From: Eledone cirrhosa
Lineage: Eukaryota
NCBI GenBank assembly: GCA_964016885.1
Contig: OZ024751.1
Span: forward strand, 25,234,001-25,298,000
Direction of reading: 5' to 3'
DNA length: 64,000 nt
Under the pieces are notes generated by a model, which was not told the DNA's origin, did no database searches, and saw nothing but the letters and a program-made list of their open reading frames with translations. This document shows, piece by piece, positions 1 through 12,760 of the stretch. How positions within the stretch are numbered: position 1 is the stretch's first letter; the number at the start of each line of letters is the position of its first letter. The translations under genes and the position numbers were made by a program.

Positions 1-228
1 ATATATATATGTGTCTGTGTGTGTATATATTATATTTATATATATTTAATTAAATATATTAGTTTAACTTTTTTCTTACGATATCAAGTATTAAACTGAA
101 ATATTTCTTCCTTGTACTGTGTTGTTTGCTGTGTTGTTTCCGTTACCAACCATCACAAAGCTCGGGAGATCGAAGGTAAAATTCTATGTCTGATTACAAG
201 GTATCAACAAAACAATCTATTCGACATT

Positions 229-417
229 GGTGAATTGGTAGTATAGGTAGAGGGTCGGACTTCATGCTTTGACGTATAGAGTTACGGCCCTTGTCATTCT
301 GAGTTCAAATCCCGCCGAGGTTAACTTTGCCTTTCATCCTTACGGGGTCGATAAAATAAAGTACCAGTAATACACTGGGTAATTTGCTGGCCTTGTGCCT
401 AACGTAGAAACAATTAT
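229..417 (+). mobile_element. tRNA-derived SINE (family A), full length
   Basis: A-box-like tggtagtataggtag, B-box gagttcaaatcc, core ctttgcctttcatccttacggggtcgataaaataaagtaccag and tail ggccttgtgcctaacgtagaaacaatta. Repeated ~14 times in the window. Confidence 0.9.
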
Positions 418-633
418 AATAATTTTTCTAATTCACCTAGTTGCAAAATGCTGAAAATAAATATTGTTTCAAATAATACAGACTGGTTCATAAGTCACTC
501 GATGTTTGTAGATTTTACGCCTTACATCATTGTAAAATTCTGAAGAAAATATTTCCAGGTAATGATTAAAGAATCCGCTTCGCAAGTGCCATCCACTCAG
601 GTCTATGATTTAGTGGAGTCATTTACGGGAATT

Positions 634-673
<40 letters not shown>

Positions 674-676
674 GCA

Positions 677-796
677 CATCTCTGATTAATCGGATGAATG
701 TTTTGAAAACGCAAGACATATTGCGAATACAGAGTCAGGTTCTATCTGTAACAGATCGTGCCTCAAGCTGATCGACGCGGAAACATATGTAATATG
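677..796 (+). ncRNA. Degenerate type I hammerhead motif with long stem II, within a pLTR-like element (to ~900)
   Basis: catct-CTGATTA ... GAAAC-atat-GTA-atatg followed by AATAAA (799). The tail tactctgctctg...gagtgctca is shared with 47810-47845. Confidence 0.45.
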
Positions 797-2271
797 TTAA
801 TAAATTGTCGTTTGATTCCTCATTATCTATAATAATATACTCTGCTCTGCGCGAGCATCGAGTGCTCAAACGACATACCGCCCACGGACGCATTTAATTG
901 CAACCCTACAACAACTATATATATATAGCCAAGTAAAAAACAAAAACAATAACAAAGAGTGCAGTTATATATATATATATATATATACGTGGTCGGGTCA
1001 ATAATCTCTAATAACCGGTATGAAAAGAAAAAGCTAGAACATTCAAACGAATTTTATTTGAAAATACATTCAATACTAGTAAAGAAAACATTAATAAAGT
1101 TATTTTTCAAAAATATCTCAATTTTCTTCTCTATTGTTTGAATCTCTCCATAATTATTTCTCCTCGGTTTATCTAATATACGCCGTCCATTTTCTTTCAT
1201 AATTTGAAATCTTGATGAAAGTGTGTTCTCTATACACAAAGTAAAGCAGTTACAACACTAACACTAACAACGACAATAATATATGAGTGGGATAAATTAC
1301 TACAAGGTGTCACATGATTTCTTCAGTTTTGTGAACTGTGTCATAAGAAAAACGACGAAGCATCGATGTTATTTTTTCATTATGACCTGATTGATGTGTG
1401 CATTATGTTAAGACATGCTTCAATTCCGGTTAAATGCAAGCAAAAAGAAAATCGAATTACCTTTTGTTCTTATCCAGCAGGTACCTTCTTTCTCTTTGCG
1501 ATCGATCGATATTTGCTTTTTACACGAATATTTTTGCTAGTTGTTTAGTTTATTCAGTACTAATTCATTGAACACAGCTATTGCTAAATTAATTCACATA
1601 ATATACGTTTGCTTTTCATCATGTTTGCACAGCGTATCCAACGTAAACTAGAAGGAGTTTATTACTCAATACCGAAACCTTTGTTTTTTAAGCAATACAT
1701 TAATTCGTCTTTTACAAATCAACACTTTTTCTTCGTCTAAAACGAACAGAACGCAAGATATTCTAAAACAAAAATATTGTTTCCAATCTTTTACACCAAC
1801 GTATCTAATCGATATCTAAGGTATATAATTTAAGATATATATCTAAGATATATAATTTTCATCATGAAATTTAAATAGAGTTTCAAGTGTAGGAAGCAAA
1901 TGAAAACCATTAACATTGAGTAAGTAAAATAATTTATTGTGACATTTTAATTTCATTCTTTACTGTATATAAAAGCAATAAATTTAAAACAGAAAAAAGG
2001 GATGTTTGGAAGATGATAAAAGTGTTTTGTGCGATCGATCGATGGTCCTCCGTCGGTTATGATAATGTTGTTTGATCAAAGTTGTTTGATCAAAGGAACA
2101 ACTTCATCAGGAAATTTATTTTTAAGTGACTGGGTGAGATCGTGTTGGGGCACCACCATAGTGTCTTCTCTCTTTAATAGTTTTAACACTTCTTTCCCCC
2201 ATTCTTATCGATAAAATGTTTGTTGCTGCTCCGTCCCATTTTAACAGTATTTCTTCTTATTATTATTACAG

Positions 2272-2431
2272 ATAGGTGAGATTCTACGAAGCCCATTCAT
2301 GAAATTCATGAATTACATGTGTTCCTATATGGCTTTTCTGGTATTCCTTTTGATTGCTACGACTTCCAAAAATACTACTACCAATAGTGAACCTTGGGTA
2401 GTTCGTGGATTCATTATTTTCTACGTATTTG
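2272..2431 (+). CDS. TRPC: TRPC-family channel, internal exon (pre-S1/S1/start of S2); the 5' part of the gene lies upstream of the window
   Basis: ttacag acceptor and G|gtgagt donor. Translates IGEILRSPFMKFMNYMCSYMAFLVFLLIATTSKNTTTNSEPWVVRGFIIFYVF(G), matching the TRPC 'PFxKF..SY..FL' motif. Phase-1 end fits the next exon. Confidence 0.9.
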
Positions 2432-2590
2432 GTGAGTATTTTCCTATAAATATAGAGTATATTCGTATATAGAGTATATTCGTATATAGAGAGCACATGC
2501 CTCACTATCTACTATCATGTTCCAACATATTGAATATTGATTCTTATATGCGTGTACATTGCATCCGCTTGTGTGTCCATGAATATATAT

Positions 2591-2718
<128 letters not shown>

Positions 2719-2720
2719 TA

Positions 2721-3062
2721 ATAAATGTAATATGTTTTTCGAATAATAATAATAATATTCGATTCGTTTGCCATTTTGCAAACAGCCTCTTTTAAGCCAT
2801 GTCAGTAGAATGAGCCCCTCATTCTTGCTCTAGTATTGGCATAGAAATAGAACTGCAGACACTAATGTTTCTGGGTGATTGCCCTTCATCAGTACAGTTT
2901 ACTGCTTACCTGCCAACTGTCTGAGCTAGTGAAAATATATGATATTTTCTGAAATATACAGTGACTGATCGGCCTGACATGGCTTAAAAAACTTATACAG
3001 CATAATTGCAAACGAATCGAATATTATTATTAATATTCGAAAACCTCAGATTACATTTATTT
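2721..3062. mobile_element. Fold-back pLTR-like element (arms ~2721-2803 and ~2974-3062) next to (TA)n
   Basis: aataatattcgattcgtttgc...taagccatgtcag is the reverse complement of ctgacatggcttaa...gcaaacgaatcgaatattatt. The spacer holds a hammerhead motif. Confidence 0.75.
2851..2899 (-). ncRNA. Minimal type I hammerhead ribozyme
   Basis: Minus strand reads AACUGUA-CUGAUGA-aGGGcaaucaCCCa-GAAAC-AuuagU-GUC-UGCAGUU: intact core, 7-bp stem I, stem II GGG/CCC, short stem III, GUC cleavage triplet. Confidence 0.8.
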
Positions 3063-3124
3063 TATTCAGTCATGTAGATCAATAACTAGTTGTTAGTTAT
3101 TTGAATTTGGCAAAGCCGGCCAAT

Positions 3125-3255
3125 AATCGCTCGTATACATAACTGACTGGCTTATCTGCTGATATGCAAATCTGGCTGATCGGTGGATCTGCTAATATGC
3201 GGATCTGACTGATCAGCCAGTCTGCTAATATGCAAATCAGGCCGATCAGTCAGTG
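3125..3255. repeat. Degenerate ~33-bp tandem repeat, 3-4 copies
   Basis: Recurring ctgactgatcagccagtctgctaatatgcaaat-like unit. Confidence 0.65.
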
Positions 3256-3655
3256 TATATTTCAGATAATTCTACTATTTAATATCGGGAATCTGTATAA
3301 GCATGTAAATTGTACTAAATTATTTATTCGAGTGTCAATGTTGTAATACAAAACTTGGATTAACTCATACACCAAATCTCAGTTGTTATTGCTATCATTA
3401 TTGGTCAGTATAGATTTGACACACTCGTATTTGTCTCGTCTTCAAACTAACTGTCATACATATAAAGGAATTAGAGAGAAAGTAATTTCTTAAGAATATG
3501 AGCGGTTTATGAGTAATGTTTATGAGATCCATTACAGCTACTAGAAATGACTTATTATGATGTCTCGTTTTTGAAAAACTTAATCGTATTAACTTCTTTT
3601 ATCTATCTCTTTCTTTTTTTATTTAACTACATACGTTCTTCTATTGTTTACGAAG

Positions 3656-3835
3656 GAATGTTCTGGGCCGAATGTAAACAACTTTGGGATGAGGGAGTCA
3701 AAGAATATTTTGCCCAAATGTGGAATTATATGGACATCACCATGTTAGCGCTCTACACTGCATCATATACCATAGAATCTATTGTTTCAGTGAAATCTAG
3801 TAGTTACAATGACACTAGCAGCTCAGAGTTTTCAG
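3656..3835 (+). CDS. TRPC: TRPC-family channel exon (S2-S3)
   Basis: aag acceptor and G|gtcagt donor. (G)MFWAECKQLWDEGVKEYFAQMWNYMDITMLALYTASY... matches the TRPC 'WxExKQLWxxG..Y...WN.xD' motif. Confidence 0.93.
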
Positions 3836-3912
3836 GTCAGTATCATTATTATGTTAGTGTCTTTCGTGTTTTCCATGTTTAAATAGATATTGTCTACTTT
3901 GTCCGTCTAGAG

Positions 3913-4307
3913 CAGTGCTACTCAAAGTGGTGGTCCGCGGACCGGTGCCGGTACGCTAGCCATCAGCTACCGGTACTTGGCCAGTGTCCAGGCTACGCTA
4001 AGGAATAATTTGAGGAATTTTTTTTATTACTTTTTTATATGTTTTGATATTGTATTATTTGTTTACAAAATAAATAGAAGATAAAAAAGATGGTCAACTA
4101 TTATTATATTAATCATAATTACCGATAAAATAAAGTACCAGTAATGTACTGGGTAATTGCTGGCCTTGTGCCAAAAGTAGAAACAATTATATTAATCATA
4201 TATATCGTTTCCGGTATAAATTAATATTACTACGAAATATTAGCGGTATGTGGCACATTGGAAAAAAAAATACCGGTCCACCACATCACATAGTTTGAGA
4301 AGCACTG
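3913..4307. mobile_element. hAT (Charlie-type) MITE
   Basis: TIRs cagtgctactcaaa / tttgagaagcactg and a perfect 8-bp TSD gtctagag (3905-3912, 4308-4315) of NTCTAGAN type. Confidence 0.9.
4121..4189 (+). mobile_element. 5'-truncated SINE A nested in the hAT MITE
   Basis: SINE 3' end only; 15-bp TSD attatattaatcata at 4103-4117 and 4186-4200. Confidence 0.85.
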
Positions 4308-4485
4308 GTCTAGAGGGTATTTCTCTCCATTATCTAAGGTATTGTTTATTGTAATCGACTTTGAGACTTTCTACATCGTCTAAGAATATCAGCTTACACG
4401 ACGTTTCTATGGTGTATTACATACATTCATACATACATACATACATACATACATACATACATACATACATACATACATACATACA

Positions 4486-4521
<36 letters not shown>

Positions 4522-4585
4522 TATGGAAAAACTAGAATAACTAGGTAGGAAGAAATTGGTCAGAAGGAGAAATGTATTGAGAGTT

Positions 4586-4616
<31 letters not shown>

Positions 4617-4622
4617 ACACAC

Positions 4623-4679
<57 letters not shown>

Positions 4680-5231
4680 ATGCAACAATTGACTTTTTTT
4701 CCTGTCAGAGTGAATAAAATACAAAGTGATCTCTGTTAATAATAATTATCATTGATATTTGTATTGTATAATTTGATCGATAACTCAAGGATTAATGAAT
4801 TATTCGTTCAATTTCACATTAACAGTAAGATGCTGAGCTTGTTCCTTATTTTAGGTAACGATGCGTCTTCCCACTGTGACGGCATCACAGTACAAATGAC
4901 GGCCTAATGTACTTATTAACTGCACAGCCATGCCAGTGCCATAATGATCAATATACAATCATTATCTGATTTTTCTTGCCAAATATCTTTACAATCCAGA
5001 ATGTTTAATGGAATATTTCATATGATAAACAAATAGATGAAAATGACATTAAGTAAAAGTGTATTTTGGTTACAATAACGATAATGTGGAAATGTTTGTT
5101 TATTGAAGAATCGTAAATCTTGTATATGACAACAAAATATTGCTAAAGTTGGAAACAAACATTTGGGAAGTTTTGTAGACGGGCACATCATTATTGTATG
5201 ATTGATGACTTTGTTGTTTGTGAAAGATACA

Positions 5232-5349
<118 letters not shown>

Positions 5350-5548
5350 GGGAAACAGAAATAACAACACAATCTGTACAGTAATTTATTATGAATGTTT
5401 ACTATTTACGCATATATGTACATACATATATATACATATTTCGTTTCATTTTTTCCGTTTATATATACAAACACACATATATATACACACATACACATAC
5501 ACACACATACATACGCACACACACACACACACACATACACACACACAC

Positions 5549-5618
<70 letters not shown>

Positions 5619-5713
5619 ATGATCACATGCTTAGGTGATAGTGGTTGAATTAGAAAATTAAATTGAATCAGAAGTTTCGCCGTATTTTTGATTCCAAAAA
5701 ATAGTCTAAACAT

Positions 5714-5921
5714 AGTTTCTGATTTAGGCAGGCCAACAATATTTTGGGGAGGGGAAAGGTGATCAAATCGCCTCCAGTGCGTTACTGGTACTTTATTATA
5801 TCGACCCAGTAAGGATGAAAGGCAAATTTAAACTCAGCACGCTTTGTAATCAGAACGTAAAGGGATGTAACTCTAAACTGCAAAGCATATTGTTCGACGC
5901 TCTACCGATACTGCCAATCCA
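5714..5921 (-). mobile_element. SINE A, older subfamily with longer 3' region
   Basis: Reverse complement of the SINE core (ctggtactttattatatcgacccagtaaggatgaaaggcaaa). Confidence 0.85.
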
Positions 5922-6088
5922 ACGTGCAAATAGTATAATAATAACAGGATATATAATACACCAGATAGGAAAAAATAGCCAGTAGCTTTCGTACGAATCG
6001 AACTCAGGCCTCATATTTTCACAATAGGTTGACTAACTGATGAGATTTGACATCAATATCGGGTAATCAGCTATTATTAATTATAAAT

Positions 6089-6281
6089 AGGGGGTGGGTT
6101 GGCAGTATCGGTAGAAGGTCGGACGCCATGTTTTGACGCATAGAGTTACGGCCCTTGCCATTCTGAGTTCGAATCCCGCCGAGGTTAACTTTGCCTTTCA
6201 TCCTTACGGGGTCGATAAAATAAAGTACCAGTAATGCACTGGGTAATTGCTGGCCTTGTGCCAAAAAAGTAGAAACAATTA
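6089..6281 (+). mobile_element. SINE A
   Basis: Near-identical to 229-417. Confidence 0.9.
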
Positions 6282-6971
6282 TTAATTATAAATATATTTT
6301 TCACTTTACAACATCCTGTGTTGAGGTTTTTATTCGGGACAAACCTAGAAACCAAACCCACTCGCACACACACACACATATATATATATATTTATTTATT
6401 TATACACACACATGCACACATATATGTGTATATAGTGTGTGTGTTTGCGTGTATGTGGATGTGTAGGTCTAATCAGCAATTTTAAACATCTTAGAAATTT
6501 TAATCACGGAACCTTGGGAATGGTTTCAAAGAGAAATTACAAAAATTTACGAATATAGAGAACAAAAAGCAAAAGACACAAAAACAAAGAAGGAATAGCT
6601 GAAATAACGTGAGCGAGATTTTATGTTGATCTTACATATTTGTATTTTTGTCTGTTTACCTGAAAATAACAGAGAATCGATCTATTTTGACATTATCTAA
6701 TAACTGAAGTGACGTTGAATTATTGATTTTAACAATAAATTGCTGAAGTAAAACGTGAGGGAATTATCTGATTATTAATTTTGGTATTATTTTCATTATT
6801 ATTATTATTATTATGGCGAGTCTGGTCCGAGTGAACGGGCCTGCTCTGAGTATGCGCCTGTAGACTGAAGAATAGAAAAACTGAGAGAGGGGGCTTGCCC
6901 TGGTGGTCAGGGTGGTGGTGGTCTTTTGTGTGGTTTTCACCACGAGTGACCCTCGGAGGTTTCCCTCTTCT

Positions 6972-7059
6972 TTGAAAATGAAAATGGCATGTAATGCCAA
7001 ATGCTAATTCGTAAATTTACGAATTAGCATTGGGCATTACATGCCATTTTCATTTTCAA
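6972..7059. repeat. 88-bp spacerless palindrome (1 mismatch)
   Basis: ttgaaaatgaaaatggcatgtaatgcc...gtaaa|tttac...ggcattacatgccattttcattttcaa. Confidence 0.9.
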
Positions 7060-7879
7060 TATACATGCTACTTAAACACCATAAGTAGCGCATAATATTT
7101 CGTTACATATTTGGTTTATTTAACAGAGGACACAACACTTACTTAGTTTTAAGCAGGACCATTTTCGGGGGATTGAGGAAATGAGGAGGACCTCAAAATC
7201 TTTGTCGACGCCCTGTTGACGCTTCATTTTTCATCACGCGCAAATCCGGGTACTGTGTACGTTGCCGTGCTATTGACGCCGTAAAACTCACGTCTGTGCA
7301 ACTTCTACTAAGACCCCCTTTGTTGCACCTACACCGCAGTATGAACGCCCTGTGCAAGTACGCCGAACAGCAGTTGAGGCAATTCCGCGCTGGCCCCTTT
7401 TGTCGCACCTTTGTTGCTGTGTAAAACGCAGTGCAACCAGTGCCGCCCAGCGTTTCTGCTAATTGCCCTATGACCCCCTTCTGCTGCAACTGCGTTGCCA
7501 CGCTGATTTCGTCATCTCAATACCCCTACTTAAACGTACATCCCTACTTGGTTTTCACACAATTGACTATGTCGCTCCTTCAGACTGACGTGTGTTCCCC
7601 ATCCGTCAGACTTACGACATACATCGCCCCACAAAACTTACTTACTCCTTTCGCATACAGGATTTCCGTAATCAGCCCACTGACCCTGCTACTACTGGAT
7701 TCGGCCTGCTGGTGTTCTACGTTTCCAGTAGATGAACAATTCCCTGCGAATAAGGGAATTCAAAAAGTACACAGCTACATTCCTCAATCTTTGCATATGC
7801 GTGTTGCTATTTCACGTTTCCTACCGGGTCCTGCTGCTAATTATTATATATATATTTATTTATTTATTTATTTATCTTA

Positions 7880-9185
7880 GGTCAGTATTGTGTGTTTGTG
7901 TGTGGTTTTTGTTATTCCATTCATTTTCTCTGTTCAACGTTGGTTTTCTTAGTTCTATCTCAGTTGCTTCTCTGATTTGCCTAGCGTTTGAGTCATTTCT
8001 ATGTTTAGGTATTATTTTAATTACTATGTTGCCTATATTACGATCATATCTGTGCCTGGCGTGTTCATATAGTACCGAACCATCTTTTTGTCCTTTTAGT
8101 TCCCCCGACTGTTGGTCTATTCTTTGTCCTATGCTTCAAGCTGTCTCACCTATGTATGTTGTTGTCATGTTTCTGCACGTATCCTCTGTACGTCTTATGC
8201 TATAGACTGTATTTCTAGTTTCAGAATTTATCTGGGGGTTCATTCTACATGTAATACATTTCTTATTCGTACAGTTGGTTTTATGATCTTACTGATCAGA
8301 GATTTTATGGTAGTTCCTGGCTTTTCTACCACTTTAATCTTTAGATGGGTCTTTCTTAGGGCCTTTCTACATTGCTTAGCTAATTTCCATCCAGGAGTTG
8401 CATCCACGAACATGACACTATGGTATCTCTGGTTGTCGTACTATGAAGTGGCTTTCCCTATCTTATGTTTAGTCCTATCTATGCTATTCCATGATTTTCT
8501 CCTGCACAATGGGCAAATTCCTTTCATGTCCATTTCTATGAGGGTCTTATACTTCTCCGTGGCTCCTTTGTATACTCTGATTCTGTCTATTTGGTTGTAG
8601 CTAGAGAACTGCATGCAATTGATGAAGTGTTGCATGTGTCTTTCAATTTCAGTTGGGTCGCACATGCGGGACACATTCTTCATCACTCTTACCAAGTCTA
8701 CGATGAGAATATTAAATTTAGCACTACGGGACATTGCTGAGTTTTTTAGCATAATTCATTTAGAGGCCATGCGTTTAACATAGTGTGAGTGGAGAATTTG
8801 GGCCCTCTCGTTTATAGTGCTTAACCAGAGTTCATTGTCAAATAGTGGTAGTCTATTGTTAGGTTGTTTGGAAGGATAGTCAATAGTTACTGTTATACTC
8901 TGGTAGATGCTAGATGCTCTTGATTGTGTTATTTTCTAGTTCAGGTTTATTGGTACTCTCTTTCGGGGGTGTTCTTATTACTACATTGATATCGTCTACG
9001 TAACGAGAGTACATGACGAGGGCTATGGAGTTCTCTTCTAGGAGTTCTCTGTGTCTCCTTTCCCACCATACCATAAATAGGTTGGCAACATAATCAGCTC
9101 TGCTGACGCCAATGGTGGCTCCCTCATTCTTCTTAGTATTATTTCTGGCAATATCATAACAATATGACCCTCCCCAAATATAAAA
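7880..9185 (-). mobile_element. Decayed, 5'-truncated Penelope-like retroelement (RT + thumb + GIY-YIG endonuclease)
   Basis: Minus frames give GATIG..ADYVANLFM...YSRYVDDI (RT catalytic motif), a thumb region (ORF 8441..8752) and NTVYSIR...TYIGETA*SIGQR (GIY-YIG, ~8100-8220), with in-frame stops. Confidence 0.85.
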
Positions 9186-9210
9186 ATATATATATGTACA
9201 CGCACACACA

Positions 9211-9330
<120 letters not shown>

Positions 9331-9401
9331 GATATTAGCATATATTATATTATATAATATATAAATTCACTTTATTTATGTTTTCACTTTTTCATTTTCA
9401 G

Positions 9402-9645
9402 AAAATCTTTTACCCAACCCAAGAGTTTTAGCCTTAGTCCTCTTCTCAGTAGCCAATGTTCTGAGTTTTGCGAGAATAGCCTACATTCTCCCAGCAAGCG
9501 AAACATTTGGACAGCTACAAATATCATACGGAAGAATGTTACAGGACGTTTTTAAATTTATATGTATTTACTTTACTGTCATGATAGCCTTTATTTGTGG
9601 ATTGACCAGCCTCTACAGTTATTCGGGAGATTCTGAATTTAAAGA
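9402..9645 (+). CDS. TRPC: TRPC-family channel exon (S4, S4-S5 linker, S5)
   Basis: ttttcag acceptor and GA|gtgagt donor. (E)[80 protein letters not shown]. Missed by the ORF track. Confidence 0.93.
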
Positions 9646-9735
9646 GTGAGTACTTATATCTTTATCTCTCTTTCTCTTTCTCTTTCCCTTTTTCCCTTTC
9701 TCCCTCTCTCTCTCTCGCTCTCTCTGTGTATATAT

Positions 9736-9838
<103 letters not shown>

Positions 9839-9860
9839 GGATATATACTATATATAGCGA

Positions 9861-11089
9861 CAGAGCGTGTACATAAAATCTCTTTACAATTTAATAAATT
9901 TATTACAAAAGCAAATAACCAGAGAAATATGTGGAAATTATTACAAAATGAAGAGTAGATACTGCAGTCTTTTGTAACTAATTTAATACATCTCTATACG
10001 GGCGGCATTAGTTGCACGAAGCACGTCAAAACGGTACTCAATTCTTGCCATGTTAGCTGTAGCACGGCCTCAACAATGGTGGCGGCAATAGCGTCAGTGA
10101 TCTTTTGCTTTAGATCAGTGGTGTCCTGTTCGATACACGATATTTTTAATATAACCCCATAGAAAGAGGTCCAGGGGAGTGATATCTGGTGAACGAGGTG
10201 GCCAGGGAATTGGGCCATCCCTTCCAATCCACCGGTCTGGAAATGTTTGATTTAGGAACCCAGCAACAAGCAGTCCCCAATGTTGTGGTGCACCAACTTG
10301 TTGGAAAATGATGGTTGGTTGCAGGTCATCTCGTTGTGGTGCCACATATTCAGTCAAAAGGTCAAGGTAAACATTTGCAGTAATTGATGTCTCGTTGAAG
10401 AAAAATGGATCAAGTTTGTTTTAGTGATAAGGCAACCTTTCCTGTTTCTGGAAAACTGAACACATATAATGTGAGAATCTGGGGATCAGAACACGCCCAT
10501 GTGACTAGGGAACTTCACAGAGATAGGCCAGAGGTGAATGTGTGGTGTGGGATCATATGCAATCGAAACACTGGTCCAATTACTGCAAATGTTTACCTTG
10601 ACCTTTTGACTGAATATGTGGCACCAAAACGAGATGACCTGCAACCAACCATCATTTTCCAACAAGTTGGTGCACCACAACATTGGGGACTGCTTGTTGC
10701 TGGGTTCCTAAATCAAACATTTCCAGACCGGTGGATTGGAAGGGATGGCCCAATTCCCTAGCCACCTCGTTCACCAGATATCACTCCCCTGGACCTCTTT
10801 CTATGGGGTTATATTAAAAATATCGTGTATCGAACAGGACACCACTGATCTAAAGCAAAAGATCACTGACGCTATTGCCACCATTGTTGAGGCCATGCTA
10901 AAGCAAACATGGCAAGAAATTGAGTACCGTCTTCACGTGTTTCGTGCAACTAATGCCGCCCGTATAGAGATGTATTAAATTAGTTACAAAAGACTGCAAT
11001 ATCTACTTTTCATTTTGTAATAATTTCCACATGGTTATTTGTTTTTGTAATAAATTTATTAAATTGTAAAGAGACTTTACGGACAACTT
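9861..11089. mobile_element. Non-autonomous Tc1/mariner (DD41D, rosa-like) with inverted duplication of its 3' half
   Basis: Transposase remnants FSD(K)ATF...NVRIWG...NVWCG...FQQ(V)GAP...WIGRDGPIPWPPRSPDITPLD, with 41 residues between the 2nd and 3rd catalytic positions. 9861-10385 is the reverse complement of ~10578-11089, including the terminal repeats. Confidence 0.9.
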
Positions 11090-11090
11090 G

Positions 11091-11149
<59 letters not shown>

Positions 11150-11397
11150 ATAAAATGTATATATATATGTGTGTATATAAAATGTATATTTTACATCATA
11201 TATGCATAATTTTATCCATAAAAAATAATAATAAAATACGAAAAAATACGAAAAAAGCAGTTGAATTCAATTTTCATTGATATTGGGGTGTCAAAATATT
11301 TGCGGTCTGGTTCCTGACACAATACCCTGCCAATGATCATGTCCCAAAAGGTGTGACACTACGAAACAAATGAATGAAATAACTATTTGCATTTGTA

Positions 11398-11429
<32 letters not shown>

Positions 11430-11814
11430 TGTGTGTTTGCGTGTGTGTGTGGGGCGTGCGTGTGTATGTGTGTCTTTGCGTGTGTGTGTAGGTGTGTTTG
11501 CGTGTGTGTGTTTGCGCGTGTGTGTTTGTGTCTCTGTGTGTGTGTGTTTACGTAGTTTTGGCAATAACTCAAATGATTATTCCACGATATAATTGATTTA
11601 GTTTCAAATCATGCAATCTGACAAACAAATGCGAGAGTATTTCCAAATGTTTGTATTTTTTCCACACAGAAATCGACCTACTGTGCATTTAAAACCTTGT
11701 TTGCAAACCATGTTGATCCTATAACATTGTTAAATCAGGTGACTAAAATTCGCGATGGAAATATTTCATGTAACTTATCCTTTTCATATGTATTTAGCTT
11801 TTGATACTCATCAT

Positions 11815-12760
11815 CAACATCATTCCGCCTCGGCCGAAATACACTCAACGATAGATCTCCATTTCGGTTGGTTGCACATGGCAGTAGCTAGGTGTTGAAT
11901 AAGAACATCAGCATCTCTGAATATGAGAGCTTGGTGCGAAACCCTCGTCATTTGATGCACGCTAAGAATGGCAGCAAACCTCACTCACCTCAAGCTTATG
12001 TATTGAGAGTGTCTGAGAGGTGATGAAGGAGCTGCTTCTTGAAGCGAAATAGAGGGATGTTAGGTATTCTCTAAGCCTTCTCCTAGAAGAGAAATATCAT
12101 CAGCAAAGTCAAGATCTGTGAGATGAGTTGAGTGGTATCTGGAACTCCTTCAAAGTTTTATGATAATGCCGTTATCATTTATTGTGTCCAACGAAAGCCT
12201 TATGATGTCTTCTACTAAAATGTCAATTGAGCCGTCATGTGTGATAATGGAGACACTAGTGTTCTCATACAGGATCATGATAATTTCCACAATTCTGGTA
12301 GGTATCCTATACAGCGGAAGAATTTTAAAATGAATATATTTGTTTATGCTGTCAAAAACCTTTTTTAAATCGACAAAAAAAGAACCATTTCTCTGTTTGA
12401 TTTTTTGATCTCCTCAAATATTCTTCTTAATGCTAGAATCTGTGGAAAGGTGGACCTACCACGTCTAAAACTATTCTGGTTGATGTAATGAATTGGTTCA
12501 ATCAAAGGTACAACATGGTTTAGAATGAGCTTGGTGTACACTTTACAAACAATAGGCATTAGTGAGATTCCGTGGTAGGTGTTTGGGTGAGGAAAGGTCG
12601 CCTTTCTTTGAAATTGGATTATGCTAATTTTCAATCGACTTGTTGATGGGGAAGCAATATCGCATATTTCATTGCAGATTGATAAAAGAACTGATCATAA
12701 GTTGGGATCCTTCCAAATTAAACTGGGTACATTAAATTCCCTTCAGTGTATATTATCCAG
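11815..12760 (-). mobile_element. Decayed LINE (RTE-like) reverse transcriptase fragment
   Basis: Minus strand YHGISLMPIVCKVYTKLILN...QNSFRRGRST..QILALRRIFE and DLDFADDISLL; frameshifted. Confidence 0.8.

Noticed and set aside
229-315. tRNA gene
   Set aside because: A/B boxes are present, but there is no convincing cloverleaf and the head is always fused to the same SINE body.
4855-4907. ttccttattttag|gtaacg as a cryptic exon or recursive splice site
   Set aside because: In frame it stops after ~17 codons, the nearest plausible donor gives a frameshifting 35-nt exon, and the flanking exons already join in phase. It cannot be supported without reads.
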